64,000 nucleotides of DNA, from the IMG/VR virus record IMGVR_UViG_3300022879_000001; one strand, written 5' to 3'. Source of the DNA: an uncultured virus (IMG/VR IMGVR_UViG_3300022879_000001) (Duplodnaviria > Heunggongvirae > Uroviricota > Caudoviricetes). The notes beneath the pieces were generated by a model. That model had not been told where the DNA came from. It ran no database searches and saw nothing but the letters and a program-made list of their open reading frames with translations. Made by a program: the position numbers and the translations under genes. Shown here piece by piece: positions 41,992-51,183 of the stretch (the first letter of the stretch is position 1; the number at the start of each line of letters is the position of its first letter).

Positions 41992-42448
41992 AATAAAAGA
42001 AGGAGAATGATTATTTATGAAATCACGTAAAGAACGCAAATTAGAAGCAAAACAAAACGGAGTAAAATTTGTACCTCAGTACAATGGTACAGGAGTAGTA
42101 TCATTTGAGGATTATTATGGAGTAGGAAATGAACGATTCAATAATAAGTTTGTACAGTTTCTAAATCCTGTTGAAGATGTAGAGGATATTAGAATGTCTA
42201 AAGAAGAAATTGATGTGACGATTAAGACTCATGGATTAATTAATATTGAAGCTAATGAGACAATTTCAAAAGAACGAAATGGGATCGAAGTTATTGAAGC
42301 AGAGGCGATTGTTGAAGCTCCTAAAAAGAAGAAAAATGGTAAGTTCAAAAAGGCATTGAAGAAGCTTTTTAATAAATAAAATACATAATTTATATGAGAG
42401 TGGATTAATTCTACTCTCATTACTTTTATACATAAAGGAGAGCTTGGA

Positions 42449-43312
42449 TTGACCGAATTAAATAAAGCAGAAAAGTATCTGATTGAAAACTTAACTAGAT
42501 TGGCTAATGAAGGATGTATGGACGATAATCCTAGACCTAAATGGCAAGACGGAACTCCTGCCTATAGCGCATTTATCAGTCCAGTATTTGAAACATATGA
42601 TATTTCAAAAGGTGAGACTCCCATTACAGAATTACGTCCAATTGCAATTAAAAGTGCAATTAGAGAAATTGAATGGATATATAAGGATCAAAGTAACGAT
42701 TTGAAGCTACTACGTGACAATTACAATATTAACTGGTGGAATGAATTTGATATCGGAGACGATTCAATAGGCATTAGATATGGTGCAACTGTAAAGAAAT
42801 ATGACTTAATGAATAATTTATTAGATGGTTTAATGAATAACAAGTTTGGTCGTAGGCATATCTTATCCATGTGGCAGAATGAGGATTTTAAGGAATCAGA
42901 TGGTTTGAACCCATGTTGCTACAGTACTATGTTTACAGTAAGAAAAGTAAAAGAGGATTTTTACTTAGATATGACATTAACATCACGTAGCAGTGATTAC
43001 CTAACAGCAGGACACATAAATAGGATGCAATATTTGGCGTTTCAAATGATGATAGCTAAACACACTTCAATGAAAGTTGGTAAGTTTAATATGCTAACTC
43101 AAAACCTTCATATTTACGACAAGCATTCTGATAACGCTATAGAAATGTTGAAGCGAGTAGATGAATTAAAATCTAGAGAAGTTCAATCCCAACCTAAGTT
43201 AATTCTAAATGTTCCAGATGGTACTAAATTTTATGACATTTCAGAAAAGAATTTTGAGTTGATTGATTATAACCCAATTTTGCCACAACTTAAATTTGAA
43301 TTAGCCGTGTGA
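42449..43312 (+). CDS. thyA: Thymidylate synthase
   Basis: RRHI, LNPCC, RSSD...N, HIYD motifs. Confidence 0.92.
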   Translation: MTELNKAEKYLIENLTRLANEGCMDDNPRPKWQDGTPAYSAFISPVFETYDISKGETPITELRPIAIKSAIREIEWIYKDQSNDLKLLRDNYNINWWNEFDIGDDSIGIRYGATVKKYDLMNNLLDGLMNNKFGRRHILSMWQNEDFKESDGLNPCCYSTMFTVRKVKEDFYLDMTLTSRSSDYLTAGHINRMQYLAFQMMIAKHTSMKVGKFNMLTQNLHIYDKHSDNAIEMLKRVDELKSREVQSQPKLILNVPDGTKFYDISEKNFELIDYNPILPQLKFELAV

Positions 43313-43342
43313 TCATACAAACAAAAAAGGAAGTAGTGTTAA

Positions 43343-43648
43343 TTGATAATTAATGAATGGACAGTTAATCATTACTTATGGACAGTTGTAGTGGCAGTTT
43401 TATTACTAATGATAATAATCCCAACGAGTGTTTACTTTAAAGGTCGTTCTATTTCAAAAATAAATATATGTATAGGCTTAGGAATATTAGTTTTTGCAGT
43501 ATTAGTATCTACATTGTCAACGAAAGAAAAACATATTTACTACAATTACAAAACCTATAATGAGGTAGAACAATTGGAATCTGATGGATGGGATATAGTT
43601 AGAGTATATGATAACAAGAAAATCATTCATGCCAAGAAAGCAAAATAA
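43343..43648 (+). CDS. Small membrane protein
   Basis: Two hydrophobic segments. Confidence 0.6.
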   Translation: MIINEWTVNHYLWTVVVAVLLLMIIIPTSVYFKGRSISKINICIGLGILVFAVLVSTLSTKEKHIYYNYKTYNEVEQLESDGWDIVRVYDNKKIIHAKKAK

Positions 43649-43775
43649 AAGGAGCGAACGTCAATAAGACACTCGCTCATACGTGACTTAGAAGTGAATC
43701 AGGAAAATTCGGTTTAGTCACATCTTGATTTTACTATCAAGTCACGTATGAGTCAATTATGAGTAGGAGGAGTAT

Positions 43776-44309
43776 ATGAGTATCAATATGATAGTTGCAA
43801 TTAATGAAACAAATTCTATAGGTAAGAGTGGACAACTTTTATATAGAATTAAAAAGGATTTACAACGTTTTAAGCAACTTACTCAAAATAATAGTGGACA
43901 TCCTAATATATGTCTAATGGGTAAACGGACATTTGAAGAATTACCAGAACCATTAGACAAGCGTGTAAATGTAGTTTTAACTTCAAATAAGAATTACAAA
44001 GTTCCAAATGGAGTAATTGTTGAGTCATCATTTGATAAGGTATTAAATCATTACTTAAAATCTGGAGATCAAGACAAAGACCTCTTTATTTGCGGTGGAC
44101 AGAAGTTATTTGAACAAGCATTACCTTTTGCTGATAAAGTTTATATTACATACATACATGACAATAAAAAGGGAGATACATTCTTTCCTTATGAAAAAGT
44201 AAAACAGCAATTTAAAATAATACATAAAGAAGAACATGAAGAGAGTGGATTAGAATTTGAATTTATTGATTATGTAAGAAAGGATGATGTATTTGGAGAA
44301 AATGCATGA
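43776..44309 (+). CDS. dfrA: Dihydrofolate reductase
   Basis: MIVA...IG..G.L, DL.RFK.LT, MGKRTFE.LP.PL..R.N.VL, ICGG, GDTFFP. Confidence 0.92.
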   Translation: MSINMIVAINETNSIGKSGQLLYRIKKDLQRFKQLTQNNSGHPNICLMGKRTFEELPEPLDKRVNVVLTSNKNYKVPNGVIVESSFDKVLNHYLKSGDQDKDLFICGGQKLFEQALPFADKVYITYIHDNKKGDTFFPYEKVKQQFKIIHKEEHEESGLEFEFIDYVRKDDVFGENA

Positions 44310-44460
44310 ATTTGAAGGTATAAAGGTGCGAAGTATTCCGACTGTTAAAGATATAGAATTCATATGTAACGATGAAGCTAAAAAAAACAGAGAGCAATTA
44401 GAAGATAATATCATAGATTTATTTGTATCTTATTTTAAAAATAATACATATAAAAATTAA
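44302..44460 (+). CDS. 52-aa protein, candidate recombination directionality factor
   Basis: GGAG RBS; last gene of the operon before the terminator and serine recombinase (position of SPbeta sprB). Confidence 0.45.
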   Translation: MHEFEGIKVRSIPTVKDIEFICNDEAKKNREQLEDNIIDLFVSYFKNNTYKN

Positions 44461-44466
44461 TATAGA

Positions 44467-44503
44467 AAATCAAGAGATACTTCGGTCATTTCTTGATTTT
44501 TTT
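44467..44503 (+). terminator. Intrinsic terminator
   Basis: AAAATCAAGAGAT...ATTTCTTGATTTTTTT. Confidence 0.7.
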
Positions 44504-44564
44504 ACTAGTTATTATAAAATATAATCAATGGTTATAGAAAATATAAATATGGAGCTGTCTTATT

Positions 44565-47033
44565 ATGACTTTGTTTTCAACTAAAAATAAATATAACAAA
44601 ACATTAAAGAATGCTGATGTCATTGAACAAAATACAATCTCAATTGGGGTATTGATACGAGTATCTACTGATATGCAAGTTGAAGACGGTGATTCACTAG
44701 AGATGCAAATGGATCTTGCAAACAACCATGCAAAACAAATTAAGGGTTTAATTTATAAACCATATGTTGAAGAAGGTGTTTCTGCTAGGAAGGTGAGAAT
44801 TGAAAATCGAAATGTTATTCAGGAGTTAATGCAAGATATAAGAGATGGAAAAGTAAATTACGTTATTGCATATAAACGAGATAGAATGTTTCGTAACACA
44901 ATGGAGTATATAGGGTTTCTTCAATTTTTAGCGGACTATAATGTAGATATTCATCTATCTGCTTCAGGTGAACAACAAGTAGATTTAGAAGCGTTTAAAT
45001 TTGCAGGAGCATCTAAAATGATGGAAGTAGTCATGTCTATGGTTGCAGAAATGGAAAGTGCTACGACCGCAACTCGTGTTTCAGATACCATGTTGATGAA
45101 GGCTAAAAAGGGAGAATTTACAGGTGGAAGCGCACCAATAGGATACACGTTTGGAAAAGGACAATACAAGCTAGAGTTACTACCGAGAGCGAAAGAAGTA
45201 ATTGAATTAGTAGAAGATTTATATTTAGAAGGAATAGGTATGCTTTCAATTGCAAAATATCTTAATGGTGGAAAAATTAGAGGTAAAAATCAACTATCTG
45301 AACCAATACCTAAGCCGATACGAATTGAAGAGTCTACTGTAGATGAATGGAATCACAAAAATATTCATACGATACTTTTTAATCCAATTTATACAGGTCA
45401 CTTTTCATATGAAAGCAAAATGAATCCAGATTTAGATCGGGTAATTGAGAAGTCTGAGCTAATTGAAGTCTGTCGTACGGAAGAGAGACAGAAGAAGATT
45501 AATGACGCATATGAAAAAAGAAAATCAGGTACAAAAGAAAGAGTGACATTAAATACACAATTTCTACTGTCAGGATTAGTTTATTGTTCTGAATGTGGAG
45601 AGCGAATGACAGTTATTACATCTCAACCAAAAGGAACTAAAAAACAATTTTCTTATTATACCTGTCGCAATAAACGTTCATCAAGAAAAGAAAATTGCCC
45701 ACATAATACTTTGTATAGAAAAGAAGTTTTAGAGAAAATCATTGTTGATATTGCTAAAGAAAAAATACAACAACTAATTAAGCCAGATATGATAGAAACA
45801 ATAAAACTTAAATTAGAAGCAGATAAGTTTACTTACACTTCTGAAGCAGACAAAGTAAAAAAGGATATAGAAAAACTGCAAACAAAATTGGATAACATTA
45901 CAGAGCTTGTTTCTGAATTAGATGATGACTTAAATTTACAAGTTGTTTATTTAAAAAAGCAAAAAGTCCTTTTACATGAGTTAAATGATATGAAAGAATT
46001 TTATTCGACATTAGAAGAAAAGTCCATTCAAGATCAAGATAAAGTATTTAACATAGAAGAATTTATGGAGTTGGCTATTAAATTTGGACATGTATTTGAT
46101 AATGCTCCAATAGGAGTGAAGAAGCAAATGTTGAATAATCTATTCTCAAATATCTATATCGACAAAGATGGGGAAATCCGTATGATGCTTAAAGTAGGGT
46201 TGACTGACGTTGAGAGCGACAAAGCTAGTGATGATGGTACTTCAGATGACTTAAATGAAGTTATATCTTCTATAATGGGGCGTTCTCCTGTAGTTACGGA
46301 AGATATAAATGATTTAATAAAAGTGAAACAAGAATTTGATATTAAAATTAACTACTTTGAAGAAATCAGTAAGCAGGCAAAAATAGTATCTGAAGCTTTT
46401 GCAGAATTCGCAGAGCAATTTGATAGAATGGCAAATCCTATTAATAGTTCAATGTTATTAAAGTCACTTACTCCAACTCAACTGAAGAGAGTAGACAATA
46501 AAAGTAAAAAAGCAGAAACAATGTTTAAGACATACTTTATAGATTATTATGATAGCTCGTTTTACATTGCAAATATTATTACAACGGTTGGATATAACTA
46601 TTCTGCAATGTGCTCATTTTTGAAAAAACATAATCTACAGTTTGAAGATTTTACAGATTATTTACTAGATAAGCATAAGTTGGATTTTGATGAAGATTTA
46701 ATTGAATACGTTTTGAAGAAAAGAGTTGGAAAGTTAGATAAGAGGGATAAAACAAATACAGAAATGTTATTCAGGGGCAAAATTATATGTTCTAAATGTG
46801 GTAAAAATTATACAAGGAAGGGAGGTAAAAATGTGAGGTATATTTGTACAGGTAGATTGAAGTCAAAAGAATTTTGTGACACTAACGTTATTACTATTCT
46901 TGAAAGTGATCTGCTGAGACAAATTACTAAAGATACTGGAATTACTGATTTTACTGAAAAATCAATGGCAGTACTAATTGATCATGTTGATATTTATGAA
47001 GATACTACTTTTAAGATAATATATAGTAACTAA
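44565..47033 (+). CDS. Large serine recombinase with long C-terminal extension
   Basis: RVST..Q catalytic Ser, DR..RN, G...GG..P.GY, NPIYTG, LLSGLVYCSECG zinc ribbon, coiled coil; second GKIICSKCG zinc ribbon. Confidence 0.92.
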   Translation: MTLFSTKNKYNKTLKNADVIEQNTISIGVLIRVSTDMQVEDGDSLEMQMDLANNHAKQIKGLIYKPYVEEGVSARKVRIENRNVIQELMQDIRDGKVNYVIAYKRDRMFRNTMEYIGFLQFLADYNVDIHLSASGEQQVDLEAFKFAGASKMMEVVMSMVAEMESATTATRVSDTMLMKAKKGEFTGGSAPIGYTFGKGQYKLELLPRAKEVIELVEDLYLEGIGMLSIAKYLNGGKIRGKNQLSEPIPKPIRIEESTVDEWNHKNIHTILFNPIYTGHFSYESKMNPDLDRVIEKSELIEVCRTEERQKKINDAYEKRKSGTKERVTLNTQFLLSGLVYCSECGERMTVITSQPKGTKKQFSYYTCRNKRSSRKENCPHNTLYRKEVLEKIIVDIAKEKIQQLIKPDMIETIKLKLEADKFTYTSEADKVKKDIEKLQTKLDNITELVSELDDDLNLQVVYLKKQKVLLHELNDMKEFYSTLEEKSIQDQDKVFNIEEFMELAIKFGHVFDNAPIGVKKQMLNNLFSNIYIDKDGEIRMMLKVGLTDVESDKASDDGTSDDLNEVISSIMGRSPVVTEDINDLIKVKQEFDIKINYFEEISKQAKIVSEAFAEFAEQFDRMANPINSSMLLKSLTPTQLKRVDNKSKKAETMFKTYFIDYYDSSFYIANIITTVGYNYSAMCSFLKKHNLQFEDFTDYLLDKHKLDFDEDLIEYVLKKRVGKLDKRDKTNTEMLFRGKIICSKCGKNYTRKGGKNVRYICTGRLKSKEFCDTNVITILESDLLRQITKDTGITDFTEKSMAVLIDHVDIYEDTTFKIIYSN

Positions 47034-47092
47034 TCCTTTATATTCTCCTTTAGCTATGCGAAAATGTAGTATAGAAAGGGAGAATTTTATTT

Positions 47093-48196
47093 ATGCAAAC
47101 ACTACAAAAGCCTTATGATGAATGGGAAAGTTACCATGATATTGAGAAGTATGGAAGACTAATCCTATCAAACATTGAATTTACCACTACTAATTTGTGC
47201 AACATGAGATGCGCCCATTGTGCTGTTGGTTATACACTAACAACCAAAGAAGATGAAGCTATCCCTATTTCAGAGATAATTAAGCATTTAGACACTGTAG
47301 AAACTCTTAGAGTAATGAGTTTCACAGGTGGTGAACCTTTACTAACAAAGCGTGGAATTAGAAATAATCTATTACCACTTCTACAATATGCTAAAAGCCG
47401 AGGCATTAAAACTCAGATTAATTCAAACTTAACACTACCAATGGAACATTATGAAATGGTAGCTCCATATTTAGATGTTATGCACATATCACATAACTGG
47501 TGTGATGAAAAAGAATTTGTTGAGACTGGATTCTCAATGATGGAGAAAAAACCAACAGTTCAACAAAGAGCAGGACTATATAGAAACATTTTAGATAATG
47601 CTAGAGAGCTTTCAAAAGGTGGAATGTTTGTATCAGCAGAAACTATGTTGAATCGCAATACAGTTCCATATCTTGAAAAGATTCATAATGAAGTAGCTAA
47701 TGAAATGTTATGTAAACGTCATGAAATTCATCCTATGTATTCTAGTGATTTTGCTAGTGATTTAGAGGTAATAGGTTTAGATGAATACAGAGACGTAGTA
47801 AATAACATTCTTGAATATAGAAATGAAGACATTTGGGTATTATTCGGTACATTACCATTCTACACTTGTAGTTCAGATAAACGTGACTTAGAGTTATTAG
47901 AAAGAATTAATAATACATCAAATACAACAATCAGAAATGATGTTGATGGACGATCAAGAATGAATTTGAACATTTTTACAGGTGATATTTCAGTATCAGA
48001 TTTCACTGACGATGGGGCAGCACTAGGAAATATAAAAGAGGAATCATTAATTAATATCTATGACAAGTGGTTAAGTACTAATATTTCAAATAGCATCAAT
48101 TGTCATTGTCCATCCGTTAAATGTTTAGGCTCTAATATCATTGTTAAAAATATGTATTACCAAGATAGAGTATTTATTAGTGGTTCTGTAAAATAA
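47093..48196 (+). CDS. yfkA: Radical SAM / CxCxxxxC protein, YfkAB family
   Basis: EFTTTNLCNMRCAHCAVG, TGGEP, HISHNW, C-terminal NCHCPSVKCLG. Confidence 0.88.
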   Translation: MQTLQKPYDEWESYHDIEKYGRLILSNIEFTTTNLCNMRCAHCAVGYTLTTKEDEAIPISEIIKHLDTVETLRVMSFTGGEPLLTKRGIRNNLLPLLQYAKSRGIKTQINSNLTLPMEHYEMVAPYLDVMHISHNWCDEKEFVETGFSMMEKKPTVQQRAGLYRNILDNARELSKGGMFVSAETMLNRNTVPYLEKIHNEVANEMLCKRHEIHPMYSSDFASDLEVIGLDEYRDVVNNILEYRNEDIWVLFGTLPFYTCSSDKRDLELLERINNTSNTTIRNDVDGRSRMNLNIFTGDISVSDFTDDGAALGNIKEESLINIYDKWLSTNISNSINCHCPSVKCLGSNIIVKNMYYQDRVFISGSVK

Positions 48197-48213
48197 CTAC
48201 TTGTAATAGGAAT

Positions 48214-48276
48214 AAGAAATCATGTAGTATCTTTAAAATTCTTTATTAAATATTTAAAGATGTTGCATGATTTCTT
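48214..48276. terminator. Bidirectional terminator-like hairpin between convergent genes
   Basis: AAGAAATCATGTAGTATCTTTAAA...TTTAAAGATGTTGCATGATTTCTT. Confidence 0.65.
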
Positions 48277-48321
48277 TAGTTAATAAAAGTTATTTAAATC
48301 ATTTACAAATATTTTAAAACT

Positions 48322-48633
48322 CTATAAAAGGAAATTACCTGTATCTTTCTTTTCAACTACTTCATTAGAATTGCTATTAGTTGTACTGTAATTCTGTTGG
48401 TTATTATTCTTCATTTTATTACTTGACATCTCACTATCAAATTTATCTGCTAATAATTCCTTTCCAAGACCGCTGAATGAAGTAGCGTACATAAGAGCAA
48501 ATTTTAATAACTCCATTTGGCGTTCGCTTTCTTTGTTGAATGTAACCCCCTGAGTAAGATACTTACTCTTCGATTTTTTCTTCATCTCTTCGATCATTAC
48601 CTCAACTTCTTCTTCGGATCTAAGATATCCCAT
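48322..48633 (-). CDS. ParR-like RHH adaptor
   Basis: Overlaps the end of the ParM-like gene; TQGVTFNK.....LL...SFSGLGKELL; low-complexity tail. Confidence 0.55.
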   Translation of the reverse strand: MGYLRSEEEVEVMIEEMKKKSKSKYLTQGVTFNKESERQMELLKFALMYATSFSGLGKELLADKFDSEMSSNKMKNNNQQNYSTTNSNSNEVVEKKDTGNFLL

Positions 48634-49465
48634 ATGCTGACCTCCCAGAGTTATACATCCCAATAGCATTACACATCTTAGGATTTACCATTACTTCTGC
48701 ATTAGGAAAGTATTCTTTAACATGAGTAACTAATTGTATATCTAATGCTCCTCCACCAAGTAAGTAAACCTTATCATCTCTATCCCACATTTTTGATAAC
48801 CTTCCACATACGTAATCTGCTAATCCTTTAGGATTGTAATTTTCTTCTAAAGCTTCAATACCTTTACCAAAGAACGTATCACTTTCGGTATCAATAAATC
48901 TAACTGTACCATCTTCTTTTAATGTTGTAGCTATCCCGACAGTTCTTGAGCCAAAATCGATATATCTAGTTTTCCCTTGCGGTTCATTGATCCAAAAAGC
49001 TGAAGCAGTTTCTGGAGCTACTTTTACATCTACAATTGCGAATGTTTTTGATACTCCATTTACAGTAATAGTATGTGAACCTCTCAACCTATTCAGCCGT
49101 CCGTCTCTTTCTTGTATTGAATAGCTTTTGATAGGGGTAGATACCACAATACTGTTCGATTCATATCCGTATTGATGAATCGCTATTAAGACTGATAAAT
49201 CATAAAAATCATGCTGCTTAGATTTTGTGTGTATTTGGAGTGGCATTGTGCAATCATACTTAGCAATCATTCCAGCAACATAAGAAATACCTTTATATTC
49301 CACTATGAAATCATGCTTATGTCTTACTTCTGTTAAATTCCTCTTACCGTAATATCCTTTAACACTAGGAAAGCTTTCTTTAACATCTTTCGTGACCACA
49401 CACGTTGATGAACCACCGTCATCGATGGCAATTGTACCTGCAACTCCTACGATTCCATCAGTCAA
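48620..49465 (-). CDS. ParM/StbA-family actin-like ATPase
   Basis: IAIDDGGSSTC, PE, IDFGSRT, LLGGGA, NAIG actin motifs. Confidence 0.85.
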   Translation of the reverse strand: MTDGIVGVAGTIAIDDGGSSTCVVTKDVKESFPSVKGYYGKRNLTEVRHKHDFIVEYKGISYVAGMIAKYDCTMPLQIHTKSKQHDFYDLSVLIAIHQYGYESNSIVVSTPIKSYSIQERDGRLNRLRGSHTITVNGVSKTFAIVDVKVAPETASAFWINEPQGKTRYIDFGSRTVGIATTLKEDGTVRFIDTESDTFFGKGIEALEENYNPKGLADYVCGRLSKMWDRDDKVYLLGGGALDIQLVTHVKEYFPNAEVMVNPKMCNAIGMYNSGRSAYGIS

Positions 49466-49696
49466 TAAATATCCCCTTCCGATTGTTGATGTTAATTCAG
49501 TCTATGTTGAACATCTTAGAAAATGAATACAATTTAAATAAATTTTGATGTGTTTTGAAAAGTTTTGAACTAATCCTTCATTTGTTCTATAGATGGTAAA
49601 AATAATTTAAAATTGTTTTGAATAGGTAGATAATAATAAAAACCATCAATAGTCCTTCAGTAAGATTAGAAGATTAACGATGGTTTTGATTTACAT

Positions 49697-49909
49697 TTAT
49701 TTATTTTCAGTATCAAGATATTCAATTAAAGCCTTCCTCGTATATGCACCAAACGAAGTTGACCTCATTAATACATTCTTTAGTATATCTAATTGTTGTG
49801 GGCTATCTTTCTTAAATAAAACACTTTGAGTGATGTACTTTCCTGTACCTTTTTTCAGTAATTCTTCTATTATACGTTCGACTTCTTCTTCTGATCTGAT
49901 TATTGCCAA
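49697..49909 (-). CDS. Paralog of the ParR-like protein
   Basis: RSEEEVE..IEE..KK...KY.TQ.V.F.K shared with 48322-48633. Confidence 0.6.
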   Translation of the reverse strand: MAIIRSEEEVERIIEELLKKGTGKYITQSVLFKKDSPQQLDILKNVLMRSTSFGAYTRKALIEYLDTENK

Positions 49910-50284
49910 GACATACCACTCCCTTCATATATACTACTTATGTTTGAAAGGACAAGATATGTTTGATTTATTTAAAAAAGTTTTAAATTATTTGTAATTA
50001 TTCTATAGTTATCTACATACATTACGATTAAGATTTAAAAAGTTCAAAACAATTTAAAACAAAAAAGCACATTGAAGTATTATCAATGTGGTGTGGTTAG
50101 GGTAACAAGTAAAAACTCAAAACAGTTTTTAAAAGTTAAGGTATATTTTCAATTTATTTTAGATAATATGGCAATAACGATGTAGGAAATCTTGATTCAC
50201 CTAATTATCAAATAATCAAATTATCAGCGATAATTAGCTTTTATCGTGTGAAATTAACTCATCATTTTCGATAATAATAAGAAC

Positions 50285-50461
50285 TCATTCTTCAGAAGTC
50301 GTCTTTTCAAATACTCCAAACTCATGTAGTACTTCTAATATTTCTTCCACCTGTTTTCTCTCCATTTTTAAAACACGAAATACTCTTGTATCACAGTTTT
50401 CTAAATTAACTTTCCAATCTGGTTCAGGTTCATGTAGCCAATCGTAAAACGATCTAATCAT
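50285..50461 (-). CDS. 58-aa hypothetical protein
   Basis: AGGAG RBS; MIRSFYDWLHEPEPDWKV... Confidence 0.45.
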   Translation of the reverse strand: MIRSFYDWLHEPEPDWKVNLENCDTRVFRVLKMERKQVEEILEVLHEFGVFEKTTSEE

Positions 50462-50646
50462 AGAAGCTTATCTCCTGTCTGGTTTTTATTTTTAACCTAC
50501 CCAATCAAAATGTTTTTATACAACTAAATGAGGAGGAATTATTGTGAGTGGGATTGTTATTTTGATAGGTCAAGTCGGAATTGCATTAACGGGATTCGTT
50601 GGAATGGCGAAAGTAATGACTTGGTATCATGGAGGAGGGAAGAAAA

Positions 50647-51183
50647 GTGACAAAAACAATAATAAATTTCAATTATAATAATGGAATTCGCACAATGAGT
50701 ATTAATGGAAAGATAACATCTAAGTATTCTAACAAAGAGGATTCTTCATCTTTTACAGAATCAATAATAAGGGAGGTGAATGCTCGTCCAAAGAAAAATC
50801 AACTAAAAATAATAAAATCATTACAGATGATATCCATTTCATTAATCCCTATACTACATACAGATCAGAGAGCGAGTGCATCAATACTTCAACCTCTTTT
50901 AGATTCATCAAAAACAACAGAAATACTTCCTCCAGAGATAATAGATATTCTGAAGCAATTAATTTTAGCTTGTGGAACGATAGCAGTCGCATTAGCCATG
51001 ATTCTAATGTCTATTGCAGGGATGTATTGGATGCTAGGAAACAAAGCGAAATCGAAACAGTGGACAGAAGACATAATAAAAGGATTCGGTCAAGTGTTGT
51101 TAGCTCCAGTAATAATCCTAATATTAGCAAGTCTTACCGTTCTGTTATTCAAAAACGTCCGTGGATTAGAAGCGTTCTTTTAA
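50647..51183 (+). CDS. Membrane protein, VirB2/TrbC pilin-like C-terminus
   Basis: Two TM helices separated by G...K.K.W...IIKG. Confidence 0.5.
   Translation: MTKTIINFNYNNGIRTMSINGKITSKYSNKEDSSSFTESIIREVNARPKKNQLKIIKSLQMISISLIPILHTDQRASASILQPLLDSSKTTEILPPEIIDILKQLILACGTIAVALAMILMSIAGMYWMLGNKAKSKQWTEDIIKGFGQVLLAPVIILILASLTVLLFKNVRGLEAFF

Noticed and set aside
37889..43312. Group I introns or inteins in the RNR genes or thyA, as in the SPbeta RNR genes
   Set aside because: The ORFs are continuous and of normal or short length
47093..48196. yfkAB as the start of host chromosome (prophage boundary)
   Set aside because: Phage-type genes (lysis, tail) continue beyond it with similar base composition
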